Below are positions 25,464 through 38,499 of a stretch of 64,000 bases of DNA, piece after piece (the stretch's first letter is position 1; every line of letters begins with the position of its first letter). The stretch is from Felis catus (taxonomy: Eukaryota). The position numbers were made by a program, and so were the translations under genes. The stretch covers positions 45,200,001 through 45,264,000 of the forward strand of contig NC_058368.1 of NCBI RefSeq assembly GCF_018350175.1. The letters run 5' to 3'. The notes under the pieces were generated by a model, which was not told where the DNA came from, did no database searches, and saw only the letters and a list, made by a program, of their open reading frames with translations.

Positions 25464-27096
25464 ACACACACACACACACAATGGAATATTACTCAGCAAC
25501 AAGAAAGTTTGAAATCTTGCCATTCGCAGCAACATGGATGGAACTAGGGTGTATTATGCTAAGAGAAACAAGTCAGGAAGGGAAATATAAATACATGATT
25601 TCAATCATATGTAGAATTTAAGAAACACAAAAGATAAACACAGGAGAAGGGAAGGAAAAATAAGATAAAAACAGAGAGGGAGGCAAACTTTAAGAGACTC
25701 TTAAATACAGAGAACACACTGAGGGTTGCTGGAGGGAAGGGCGTGAGAGGGTGCACTAAATGGGTGATAGGTATTAAGGAGGGTACTTTTTGGGATGAGC
25801 CCTGTGTGTTATATGGAAGTGATAAATCACCAGGATCTATTTGGAACCAATACTAAACTGTATGTTAAATTAACTTGATTTAAAATTTTAAAAAATCAAG
25901 TCATTTATATTTCTGTAGTGCCATTGTTTTTCTTAGGCATTCATGGAAATATAACATGATCTATTAGCTGAAACTAAAATATAATTGCTCAGACTTTACC
26001 ATTGCTTATGAAGAGGCAAGACTCTCATCTGTAACAATGCTGGCCAATGAGTCAAGGCTGACATGAATGCCTTCTTTGGACTGAAGTGATATAACTGATC
26101 ACTTCAGCTAAAGTTAGGAACAAAATCTATATCACCTTCCCTAATTGGATCCCTTCTAGTCTAGAAATAACAGCCTTCAAGGGGGATATAAACGAGTAAG
26201 GCATATCTCCAGGAAGATACCCAGAGTAACAAAGGTGATGACACTTGTAAGAGATATCTGTAGTCATCTAAGAGTTAAATAATCTTTTGGTGGTATTTTC
26301 TTAAACACTTGTAGCTCTCCAATGAACAACTCTAATGTGTAAGTCACTGTGTTTCAAGAAGGAGGCAGGTTAATGGCTGGATTTTTATATAAGAAGTACA
26401 GTCAAGAAAGTGTTCATGGTAGCACTCAACCATGTTAAAAACTGTTGGGTCCCCTGACAAATAGTATCTACATCTCTCTGTGCTTCTTATACTAGCAGAC
26501 GTGTCTAAGACTTCCCAAATAATTTTAAATAATTAACTCCGGTCTTTGTTTTTAGAGAAATGACTAATAGAAATTGGTACAAACTGTCTTCTTTGTGCAT
26601 GGTATCCAACCCATGGAATGAGTCAGGAGTGGGTAGGAAAATGGCAATGGAGAAAATCCAAACAAAGGGAGTGGCCGGTGTTTCATGAAAGATGTGTTGG
26701 AACTGGGGCCACACCCTCCTATATCCGATAGAATTCTTAGTAAAGTTAAAGGGAATAGCAATGAAATCATGGTCAGAGCCTCTAAGAAGTGACCAACCCA
26801 AAAGTTACTTAAATTTAACGCAAATGCGACAGTTTGGGAGATCTACACTGACACATTCTCCTCATGAGTCAGGCTCTAGAAGAAACTTTCAAAGACCAAG
26901 ATTATTAATGGTCTTCATTCCCTTCATGTCCCATACCACCAAGCATCTAATGTATTCCCTCCGCAAGTACTGGGGTTTTAACTCACATTCCAGCACCACA
27001 AAATCAGTACGTTCTGTTCCAATAGCTATAACTTCCTCTACTTCCCAGTAAACTTTTACTTATACCCAAACTTTTACTTTAAAATGACGAGGTATT

Positions 27097-27299
27097 GGGG
27101 CACCTTGGTGGCTCAATTGGCTAAAGGTCTGACTCTTGATTGAAGCTCAGTTCATGATCTTACAGTTCGTGAGTTCCAGGCCAACAACAGGCTCCACACG
27201 GACAGTACAGAGCCTGCTTGGGATTCTTTCTCTCCCCACTTCTCTCTGCCCCTCCCTTGCTCATGCTCATGCATAAAACATAAATATTAAATAAATACA

Positions 27300-27339
<40 letters not shown>
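27097..27339 (+). mobile_element. CanSINE with (TAAA)n tail, inside the ERV
   Basis: ggggcaccttggtggctcaattgg; TSD taaaatgacgaggt / taaaatgactaggt. Confidence 0.93.
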
Positions 27340-27342
<3 letters not shown>

Positions 27343-28260
27343 AATGACTAGGTTCAAGAGGGAGAAGATATTTTTATAAATTTACATGGAATCACCATGT
27401 CCCTTCTTTGACCTGTGTGGCTACTACAGGGGAACAGGACAAACACCGATTCAATGAAGGGGTCATTATATTGATGAACTATGACCGCATCATTTCAACA
27501 AGAGAATCCAGGTATCTGAAGTAGATTCCTGGGTTCCCTTTGGGAATATTGTCACTTGGAGCATATACCAAGGAGGCTGGCATGGGGTTGCTGTTAGGAG
27601 AGGAAAAAAACAAAAACAAAAACAAAAACAAACAAACAAACAAACAAACAACAAAACAAAGAAAGAAAAAAGAAGCATCATGCCTAGTAACGGTCAGGGT
27701 CAGGGTTGAATTCCAAAAAAAAAAAAAAAATTTTTTTTGAAAGTGTTCTCTATCGATTTCCTGCTGCTCAGGACCCAGCAAGTGGCTGTGAGCAGATAAT
27801 CCCTTATTTGGAACAGCTACACTCAGTGTCTTTCTTTTCTTGATGGCTTCCACAGCAATAGCAGAAATTGCCTCTGTGGAGCTTATTTTATAAAGGAGGC
27901 ATGAAGTCAATACAATGGTCATTTGTAAGTCAGGAGCTGATTCCATTTGAAAATGCTGCACAGTATTTGATCTACTCATGTGGAGGGTCAGAGCACCTCA
28001 GGGAAAGATGCTGGAAGAGTCCATATTATTTTTCAGGTCTTCGGGAAATAGATTATTGACATAGCAGTTCATTGAGGAATGGGTCATAGGGATAATCTGT
28101 GTTACCATATAAAATACTAATCTGCATCTCTAGTATTTCCTGGATAAATGATTTAATACTTCATCTGGTTGCGAATATTATAGTAAGGTATGGTAACCCT
28201 GCCTTTTGAACTAAATAGAACAATATACCTCATGTAGAGTCAAAATTTAATAAATATTTA

Positions 28261-28439
28261 AGTTATAGAGAGGGAGGGAGGCAAACCACAAGAGACTCTT
28301 AAATACTGAAAACAAACTGAGGGTTTATGGGGGCTGGGGGAGAGGGGAAAGTGAGTGACGGGCATTGAGGAGACACCTGTTGGGATGAGCACTGGGTGTT
28401 GTATGGAAACCAATTTGACAATAAATTATATTTAATATA
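28261..28439 (+). mobile_element. 5'-truncated young felid L1 3' end
   Basis: ...gggatgagcactgggtgttgtatggaaaccaatttgacaataaa; perfect 19-bp TSD aaaatttaataaatattta at 28242-28260 and 28440-28458. Confidence 0.93.
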
Positions 28440-28506
28440 AAAATTTAATAAATATTTATTAATTTTGAACAAGAATTTTAATGTGCATATTGAGATTCAA
28501 GGACAA

Positions 28507-28642
28507 ATTATTATATATGACTATTATTATATATGACTATATATTATATGTGACTGTATATTATATATGACTATACATTATATATGACTATTATTATATA
28601 TGACTATTATTATATATGACTATTATTATATATGACTATTAT
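28507..28642. repeat. 16-17 bp minisatellite (attattatatatgact) x8
   Basis: Eight contiguous units of lengths 16,16,17,17,17,16,16,16 plus a partial unit. Confidence 0.93.
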
Positions 28643-28752
28643 AACCCCAGTCATTTCTGGATGAAACTCTGACTTCCAAGTAGGATAAATGAATATTGAA
28701 TACCCTACATAGTATTAGATGAGGTAAACTTGAATATTAAGAAGTAGTGCCT

Positions 28753-28974
28753 GGGGTGCCTGGGTGGCTCAGTCAGTTGAGCGTCCGACTTCCACTCAGG
28801 CCATGATCTCACAGTCTGTGAGTTCAAGCCCCATGTCAGGCTCTGTGCTGACAGCTCAGAGCCTGGAGCCTGCTTTAGATTCTGTGTCTCCCTCTCTCTC
28901 TGCCCCTCCCCTGTTCATGCTCTGTCTCTGTCTCAAAATAAACAAAAACATTTAAAAAAATTAAAAATTTAAAA
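28753..28974 (+). mobile_element. CanSINE
   Basis: ggggtgcctgggtggctcagtcagttgagcgtccgac; TSD aagtagtgcc. Confidence 0.96.
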
Positions 28975-30169
28975 AAAGTAGTGCCATGTTTAATAGGATA
29001 AAGTCATTGATATCTCATTAATATGTTAGTAGAATGAGATAATTAACAAAGATTTACTATGCTTGGTTTTATTCATATGCAAAAATGAAACTATCCAGGA
29101 GCATAGAAAATATGACAACCTCTATATGATGATGATGGTATTTTCTAAGAAATGTTTCCCCACCTTTTGTGACTTACTTCCTGTTACTTTTTCACTGTGA
29201 ATCCTATTGGACACACAATGTGCTGGTGGAGGTGGGGTGGATGGGTAGAGCAACTATGCTTTCACCTTTTTGGTTTTCACTAAATCAGAAATAATAAGCA
29301 GTTCCTTATTAGAGTGGCAACCCTCCAAATGGGATGTGATGTTTCAAAACATACCTTAGTACTTTCCCCAAAACTGGGAACCTTAATAATATTTTCCTTA
29401 TCTCCAACATGATAATTTTATCAAGTTAAAATCTGGATAAATTAATCCATGGGGTAGCTTTAATCAAATAAAAAGAAAACATATGTGGTCCCAAAGCTGT
29501 CAGTCAAACAAAACGAGGGAAAGGAGAGGGAAATGAGATGAGAAATGAGACAGTGAAACAGAAAAGAGTCTGTGTGGATCTAGGGAAAGGGGAGGGAGTT
29601 TGTAAAATTTGTTAGACATGGTGATCAAAGGAGAAAATATGTATCTATGCAAAGTGCAATAGCCTGCAGGACGAGTAGCGTGAAATAGAGGTTCTATAGA
29701 GATCTATGAGGGGATTGGGCAATTAGGACTTAGTCACTGGTCTAGTCAAATAAAAGAAAAAGGTGAATGTTAAAGTAATTATTCTGCCAGAGAATTATTT
29801 TCTTTTGAAACAAATCCAATCATCTAGATTTTTTTAATTAAAACAACTACAATACTAACAGCAGCAACAATGAAAACTGCTAATTCATCAACTGCGATTA
29901 AGTCACTATTGTCTGGTAACACTGGGGCTTTGTTACAATATATCTTTATACCGTACACTTTTTACTTTTTGTTGTTTCCTCTTTCCCTGGGAAAATTTCT
30001 ACTCCAAGGATAGAATCAGTTTTGTGGAAAAGTCCTTGAGCTCTTGCAAGCAAAGTTCCTTCTCTTTTGTCTCTTTAGTAATGGTTTAGGCTTTTGTTAG
30101 AGCACTAACCATATGGTACAGTACTTAATCTTCATTTCTTCTCGCCCCACTGCCCGCCAGCCATCACAG

Positions 30170-30275
30170 AAAGTTCCTCGAGGGCAGAGATCCGAATACT
30201 TCATCTTTGAGTCCTTCCTTCTGCAGCAGAGTGCCTGCATATCATGTGTATTAAATGAAAACTTGTCAAATGAAG
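30170..30275 (+). mobile_element. L2 3' end fragment
   Basis: aagttcctcgagggcagaga...gcagagtgcctgcatatcatgtgtattaaatgaaaacttgtcaaatgaa. Confidence 0.55.
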
Positions 30276-30769
30276 TTTTCTTTCCTAAATTACTGGATGT
30301 GAGTAAACAAATTGATATTTTATAGGGCAGGGCAAGAGTACTCTTGGGGGGCAATATATGGAGCAGTAGAATATAGCATTATTGAATGCTCCAAAGTTGT
30401 ACTGTGACATATCTAGAGGTAGAGAAAGAGACATCTTTCTGTCTTTGCCCAGTCTAGTTGCTAGTTATGCTTCCTTGCAGTAGGCTCTTGGTTTACACAC
30501 AAACATAATTGTTGAGTTTGGGGTTCCCCCTGCTGGACTTTTTCTTATTTTTTCATCACTGCCTTCTTAAATATCAAGAAGCCCAGCCAACAGATTAATT
30601 GTTGCAGGTACTTAGGGCTCTCCAGTTTGTGAGTCCTTAATCAATATTCCTCATTTGAAGATTTCTAATAAATATTCAAAATATGACTATAGATTATGCC
30701 ATATCCTTCGGCACGTAGAAATTGTATAGACAGAGATCGATTGCAAGTATACAGTATTTGTTTCAAATG

Positions 30770-31060
30770 GCACAAACCAGAATTAGACCTATAAATACAG
30801 GAGGGGATAAAGGTGAGGGGTTGAGCATAATAGATAAAGGGGAGTGGAAGATACAGGCTTCCAGTTACGGAATGAATAAGTCATTGGAATAAAAGACACA
30901 GCATAAGGAATATACTCTGTGATATTGTAATAATGATGTATCAGGGAAGCCAGTAGCTACAGTGTGGTAAACAAAGCATAACGTATAAACTTGTGGAATC
31001 AGTATATTGTACACCTGAAGCTAATGTAACACTGTGTGTCAACTATACACAAAAAATTTA
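30770..31060 (+). mobile_element. Carnivore L1 3' end fragment
   Basis: gatacaggcttccagttacggaatgaataagtca...tgtacacctgaagctaatgtaacactgtgtgtcaactatac plus A tail. Confidence 0.85.
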
Positions 31061-31129
31061 TACAACTTTAAGTGACGATGACTTCAGTATTTTTAAGCCT
31101 GTTTTCTTGTTTTCACACAAAAATTTGCA

Positions 31130-31560
31130 TAGTACCTGTGGACCTATTGGGGTCTAGTGACAAATATATTCCATTCTCCTCGGTTTTTTTGCTTATGGGT
31201 GTAGTATTGCACTTTCTTGGTTCTGTGAAGTTAAGCATGGCTTTTGACTTTCTTTCGTAAATGAAATGGACAGTGCTGGTTACTTGGAGTGGAAGCCTTT
31301 AAGTTCTAGTTTTTGATTTGCTAGCTTCCCTCCCTTTATGCTCTCAAGTGCCAAACAGCATTCCTTATGGAAGCTAGGTCAGCTTGGCTCAAAGAATAAG
31401 AATAATGTAATTCAGAAGCCCAGTGTTCCCCACCCCTCTTTTATACACATTGACCTCAAATGATACCAATTCTGAGCAAAAAATAAACCTGCATTGTATG
31501 AAGTCACTGAGATTTTTGGCTTATTATCCTGCAACTCAACCTGGGTTATCTCAACCTACA
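31130..31560 (+). mobile_element. Old MaLR LTR (MLT1I/J-like)
   Basis: gaagttaagcatggc...aatgaaatg...tgagcaaaaaataaacctgcattgtatgaagtcactgagattttgg. Confidence 0.55.
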
Positions 31561-32643
31561 GTGTACCAAATATAAGAATGAAAAGAGCCAACTTGTCTGT
31601 GTTACATTCCATTTCTTTATCACAATCGCATAAATTGTGAAGAGTAAATGAGGTTACTGGTCCCCAGGAATTTGGGTGACTATTAGCTTTCACTCATTCT
31701 GCCTTCATCAAATCATGAGTAAACATTAGTTCTACCAAGGGAAAAATAATTGGATCTGCACAGAATCAAGAATATTTGTTTATAACACCTTCAGGAGAGA
31801 ATCAAATAAGCTTAGGAGCACATTTTGCTTATATTTTTTATTCAAATGACACCCTCAGGCATCCGCATGAATTTAGGTAGAAGCTGGGATTGTGCAAAAT
31901 GAAAGGGTTTGCCCTGTCCCTATGTTCTTTTCATTGTCCCCTAAACATAAATCCACAAGTTCTTGGTCTGAAGTTTCAAAACGTTTGTTTTATTTGATTA
32001 TGCTGATGAAGTAAGTTAGTGGGAAGATAAAATAGAATATTAATACAAATGAGAAAAAATTAGAATCTCTGAATGTGACACAATTTGAGAAACTAAAGTG
32101 CACTATCAAAACTAAATAGCTCACTGATCAGAAGAGAGGCTTAGGAATGATAAGGATGAGGGTCACATTGCAAATGAAAAGTTTGCAGAACTTTCAGAGG
32201 GACAAGTTATTTTCCTGGGCAATAGGTTTGTAGAATTTTTCAGATGGAGTATTGAAATTCTTTAGTTTTTATAGCCTGACATTTATGAGTTAAAAACATG
32301 TAACAAGCAGTTACAAGGTCTATGGACACAGGTGATGCCAATTCTAAAGATTATTCTATTGTTTTTATTTCCACTTTTAATTTATCACATCAGAGAAAAA
32401 GGATTTCTGCTTTGGGTTGTGAGCTGTGGTGTGTGGATAAAGTTGTCTTATATAAACTTGCTAGAGCCTATTAGTAGCATCTTTTTAAAGTTCATGTTCA
32501 ATGTTTTTATATAGTTAGGTCAACATTGGCCAGTGGGAGTGTTCACTCCTTAGAATTGTCAAACACTCCAAATCAGGGTGTTTTTTTTTCTTTCAGAAAG
32601 CCAGTGAAACATTAGGGTACCATTGTAGGAAATAACGTGCATA

Positions 32644-32848
32644 GGGGCGCCTGGGTGGCTCAGTCAGTTGAGCATATAACTCTTGATTTAGGCTCAGGTT
32701 ATGATCTCAGCGTCAAGGGATCAAGCCCCATATCGAGCAGGTAGACCCTGCTTAAGATTTTTTCTCTCTCTTTCTCCATCTGCCCCTCTTCCCCACTCAT
32801 GTTCTTACTCTCTCTAAAAATAATATGAATAATAATTAAAAAAAAAAA
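32644..32848 (+). mobile_element. CanSINE
   Basis: ggggcgcctgggtggctcagtcagttgagc; A tail; flanks ...gtgcata / aaagtgcata. Confidence 0.92.
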
Positions 32849-33631
32849 AGAAAGTGCATACTATTGTCATTCCCACATATACCCCTCCATGTGGAGACTG
32901 TATCCATGGTTGAAAAAAGAAATGTTCTGGAGTACCCAGCACTTTTTAAAGGTTAACACTTTACAGTGATACAGAATGCATGCGTGAGTCTCAGATCTAT
33001 GCTAGATCCAGACAAGGAAGATAAAATAACTGACTTCTGTTTCAATAAACACCTTTATTATTGATACTTGAAGCGAGGAGGAGGTCCTTCATTCAACTGG
33101 AGCTATTCTGTATGTGGGTAACATGAGTTCTGATTTATGACTTTAATGTAGGCCTGGAAAGGGCATTATAAAACTTTTGAAGGTGATGAAAATTTATATA
33201 TGGATCATGGTGTTAATTTCAAAACTGCCTAAAGTGGATGAAGTTTGTTGATATAAATATAGTTCAATACACCGGAATTTAAGAAAGAAATGTAAGGTTC
33301 ACTTTATTTGTATCTCTAAATCTAATAAAGGGAGAGTCAGAAAGAGAGAGATTGATGGTTTGCTCCATGTGTTATATTATGAATTTCTTTAAAAAAGTAT
33401 TTTGTTACTTAGGAAACCCTTGATAACTTAAAAAATGTATAATTTATACATATATCTTAAGGATAAACTTTTGGTGGATTATCCAGATGTTGCTGGAAAC
33501 ACCTTGTCTAGAAAGTGGATTTGGGATAGAATATAGAGGGTATACAGTATTCATTAACATTTGTTTGAAATAACTTTAATTATACTAGATTTATAGAAAG
33601 ATAACAACCTAAATTTGATGTGAAAATTTAG

Positions 33632-33788
33632 ATCAAGAGTTTCTAATGTTTCTGTTGCTAAGAACAACGTAGATTCCCAGGCCCTTCCCTAGTTTCTGGT
33701 TATGGAGGTCTGGGGCCATGCATAGATGACTGACCTTAACAAGTATCCCAAGTGATTCTTCCAATTTGGTAAATTTAGGTAATCCTGG
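33632..33788 (+). mobile_element. MER5-type hAT MITE fragment
   Basis: gtagattcccaggccct...ggtctgggg...ttaacaagtatcccaagtgattctt...aaatttagg. Confidence 0.55.
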
Positions 33789-36700
33789 CATAAACTTCCA
33801 AGAAATTTCCCATTATCACTGAATCTCTTAATAGGGTTTACTTACTAGTATTTTGTTTGTTTGTTTCTATTCTCAGCCAGGATAATGAAAGGAGAGTAGA
33901 TATGTCCCATTTTTTTTCAAAGCAAAAACTCGAAAAAAAAAATTATTTGCTCAAGGTAAGCTGAGAATATTCTATTACTGGTCCTTACCACACTGGCTGT
34001 GCTAGCTCATAAAATCTTTTTAATCCTTCTTTCTACTCTGTGAGCATCTATGAGGATCAGACATTAACACATATCTGTTAGTTTGTAATTAGTGAAAAAA
34101 ATTGGGAAGATGAACAAATATTAGACACTAAAATGTATTTGATCTAGAATCTAATGTGATTATAATTTTTAAAAAGCAGCCTTTCCAAACCCTTGGAAGA
34201 ATGGACCATTTTAAGAAATGATCTCTACAACCACACAGTTATGATTTTTTTTTCATTTCTGAAAAGTACTTTTATCTTTGAGTTATTTATTTTATCAATT
34301 CTTCAATGCCCTTATGATGAAGGAAATATATACTACCTCTACTTCCTACTGAGTGCTTACATTTGTGATATGGATTCATTTAATAATTTACATATTTATG
34401 TGTTAGAAAGATTAATTGTATATAGGAAAATCATATAATTATCCTAAAGTTGCTAATGACAAAAAGCAGTTCAGGTGTTTAAAGGTAACATCAATTGATG
34501 CAAACTTTTGCATCTGGCTTGAGTAACAGGTAATTTTTGTTCATGCCAATGTTGTGTTAAATTTAAGCATAAAACTCCTGAGAATTATATAAATACAAAA
34601 GAGCATTATTAATTCAAACTCTTCGCACACAAAAAAAGACTAGGTAACCTTCAAATTATCTTCTAAGTTAATGATGTGTTTTTCATGTGCATGTCAGTCT
34701 CACTAATATCCAATTAAATATATTTCTCCTACACCTGATCCGTAATGTATGCTGTGCTTTGTGCAAACACAGCATGAAGGAATATTTACCATCAAGTTAA
34801 TAGAGATCATTTAGCTGGCCGTGATACAAAGGTGGTTTCCATTTGTTATCAACACACACTGGAGCACATCAGGTGTGAAATCCATAATTTAAAGCTCAAG
34901 AGTAATTTCAGATAGACATCCATCATACACATTTAATTGTCAGTTTAATATTACATTTCCATAAGGATGAATTATTAATACGAGGTATAAGAAACACATT
35001 TTAATCACCAGCAAAAGTTATCTCATACTAGTCAAAAACATATTAGTATTGAGCTCTCCATTTTTCAATGATGAACAAGAAAATTCATTAAATAAATTAA
35101 TCAATAACAATGCTAAAATATACAATATCATTGTGTAGCTTATATACTCAAAGTATCCATATTTTAGACATTATTTAGATTTTTAAATGTTTCTAAAGGT
35201 TTTGATTTATAGAAAATTGTGAAAACAGGGAGTTTCCCCACATATATCCCATACCTAACTTCCCTATTATTAACATCTTACAATACTGCAATACATTTGT
35301 TATGATGAATGAACTACTGTGGATAATTACTATCAACTAAAGTTCACAATTCATTCATATTTCCTTAGTTTTTACCTAATGTACTTTTTATCTTGCATCA
35401 TCCCATCCAGGATACCACTTTACATTTCTCATGTCTTCTTAGAATCCTATAGGCTGTGATAGCTTTTCTACTTTCTTATTTTTGATAGCCTTGATAGTTT
35501 GAGGAGTATTGGTCAGATATTTTAATAAAATATCTCTTGACTGCAATGTGTCTGTTTTTTTTTTTCATTACACTATGACAATGGGTTTTGGGGAGGAAGA
35601 TCATAGAAGTAAAGTGCTATTATCGTCACATCAAATCAATGTACAGCTGTCAACATGACTACTGATGTTAACCTTGATCACCTGGATAGGAAGTGCTATC
35701 AGGTTTCTATTGTAAAGTTACTCCCCCCACCCCTGCCTTTTCCATAATGAACTCTTTGGAAGGAAAGAGGGAAGAGTTATGCTCCACATCCTAGAGACAG
35801 TGTATCAATGTTAATTATTTTGAATTCTTCATGAGAGATGTCTTCCTCTCTATTTTTTAATTTAATCACTCAATTATACTAACAGACTCATAAACATTTA
35901 TTTAATACTTTGGATTATAATCCCATGTTACTTAATTTGTTGTTCAAATTGTTCTAGCTTTGGGCATTGGGAACTTGTTCAGTTGTCTCCTGTATGTCTT
36001 TAACATATTCCAATAATTGTGTGATATATTTTTTGATCAGTTTCTTAATTTCTGATACTCTAAGAGTCTCATCTTGCATATCTACTTCCCCAATCTACAA
36101 TGAGGCATTCGTACAAGGAGTCCTGGTTCCTTGTAATAGAAAATAATATTACAAACCAAGATCTGAGTGCTGCGTATGCTTATAGCTGCTAGAGTGTCAT
36201 TGCTTCTAGGCCCTCTCCATTGACAGAAGAAGGAAATATATGTGTGTGTGCCAACCTGTATATACACACGTCTATAAATATTTCTGTATGTAACCATATG
36301 CAACTCTATTATAAACTAACCATAAAGTCTCCATCTCTCATTCATATCACATGTATCATTTTACCCTCCTCTCTTTACTTATCTATGAATTCCCATAGCA
36401 GCAACCACAAAGCTGATTCCCACCATCCATCTGCTTAACTGTTCAATACCAGTATACAAGTACAATGGAAGCAGAATTGTTAACCATTCATCAGTAGGAA
36501 ACCACTTACCACCTAGAGTTCAGTGCTAATGGGCAGAAAAGTCGCCCTTTAGTATAATAGATTCCATTCTTAAGCACTTAGGTCATCACCCTCTCCATCT
36601 ACTTAAATGAGGTTGTTTCATTCACTTTCATAGTTTGTTATCCCAGTCTGCAATCCTTCCAAGGGCCACCAACTTTCTAAATGATTTTTTTTTTTAATTT

Positions 36701-37754
36701 GCACACTTCAACTTTCACTCTTTGTGTTGCAATGTTCTATGGATTTAGATAAATTCATAAAATCATGTATAAACCATTACAGTAACATAAAACATAATTT
36801 CAATGCCCTACATAATCCCCCACATTTGACTTATATAAGCCTCTTCAATCCCCAAACCCATACATAGAGACTACTGATTAGCTTACCACCTATTTTTGTA
36901 TTTTATACAACTTCACATAACTGTAATTATATAATATGTAGCCTTTTCAGATTTTTTTTTAAATTTGCCATTATACATACAGGCTCCCTCCATATCTTTT
37001 GTGTCTTGATAGCTATTTTTTTTATATTGTTGGATAATATTCCACTGTATTAATGTACTAACATTTGTTCATTCATTCACCTATTGAAGAACATACTAGT
37101 TACTTCCAGTTTTGGGTAATTATGAATAAAGCTCCTATATATATTTATGTGCAGGTTTTTGTGTGGAAATAAGTTTCAAATCAGTTGGAAATACCTAGAA
37201 ATTTAATTGCTGGATCATATGGTAAATCTTTAGCTTTGTAAGAATTGCTAAACTCTTCTTCTAAAGTGTTGTAATATTTTGTATCCCCACCAGCAACAAA
37301 GGAGAATGCCTGTTGTTCTGCAACTTTCCCAGTAATTGGTATCATTAATTTTGGGAATATTAGCCATTCTAATTGGTATATAGTAGTAACTCATTGTTTT
37401 AATTCATGATTCCCTAATGACAAATGATGCTGGGCATATGTTTATATACTTATTTGCTATTGAAATGTGTGCTTTAGTGAAGGGTCCATTTCAAACTTTT
37501 GCCCATTTTTATTCAGTTTTTATTTTATTTTTGAGTTTTAAAGGTTATTTTTGTATTCTGGATACAATTCTTTATCATATATGTATTTTGAAAATTATTT
37601 CACCCAGTAAGTGCATTGAATTTTATTCTCTTAAGAGTGTATTTGACAGAGCATCTTTCCAAAAGAAAATGTAAAAATGTACACTTGTTCTGATAGCAAA
37701 TGAACAGTTTCAATACCTTTAGATATTTTAAAACTTTATCTTTTAACATATCTC

Positions 37755-38168
37755 ATTATTTTATTTTTATTTTTAAATTTTAATGCTAGTTCAGTTAACG
37801 TACAATGTTATATTAGGTTCAAGTGTACAAGAGAGTGACTCAACAATATTGTACATTATTCAGTGCTCATCACAATAAATGTACTCTTGATCCCTTTCAC
37901 TATTTCATCCATCTCCCCATGAGCCTCCCTTGCGGTAACCATCAGTTTTTTCTGTATAATTAAGAGTCTGTTTCTATCTATTTCTAAGGTTGTCTCTTTT
38001 TTTTTTTCCCTTTGTTCATTTCTTTCTTAAATTCCATAAGTGTGTGAAATCATATGATACTTTTCTTTGTCTGACTGACTTATTTTACTTAACATTATAT
38101 TCTCTAGCTCCATCCTTTTTGTTGTTAATAGCAAGATTTTATTATTTTCTATAACTGAGTAATATTAC

Positions 38169-38217
<49 letters not shown>

Positions 38218-38438
38218 ACACATCTTTATCCATTCATCTATCAGTGGACACCACATGGGTTGCTTCCACAATTTGGCAATTGTAAATAATGCTGCAATAA
38301 GCATAAGGGTGTACATATCTTTTTGAATTTGTGTTTTTGCATTCTGTGTGTAAATACATAGTAGTGGAATTATTAGATCATATGGTAATTCTATTTTTAT
38401 TTTTGTTTACATTTTTTAAATGTTCCTTTTTAAGTAAC

Positions 38439-38499
<61 letters not shown>

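Larger units (their letters stand above)
20132..25890 (+). mobile_element. Near full-length carnivore L1 (inactive)
   Basis: 5' start gaagagttaagatggtggag; ORF1 and ORF2 remnants; 3'UTR with G-rich tract; TSD ttaagaaatcaagt (20117-20130) / ttaaaaaatcaagt (25888-25901). Confidence 0.95.
19317..28100 (-). mobile_element. Internal region of the second ERV copy (gag remnant, pol tail, env), split by three SINEs and a full-length L1
   Basis: Minus strand: ~27070-26960 KVWV*VKVYWEVEEVIAIG (ERVL integrase-tail-like); ~26860-26790 EENVSV*ISQTVAFALNLSNFWVGH (SU start); 26074-26014 EGIHVSLDSLASIVTDESLA (TM heptad/ISD); 20090-20072 cttaggagaaagctaatgg (KEKA.W); 19780-19570 aligns by eye to 1100-1330. 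The weak gag-like stretch near 27850-27980 is tentative. Confidence 0.7.

Noticed and set aside
28507..28642. CRISPR-like array
   Set aside because: Contiguous units with no unique spacers, in a mammalian context
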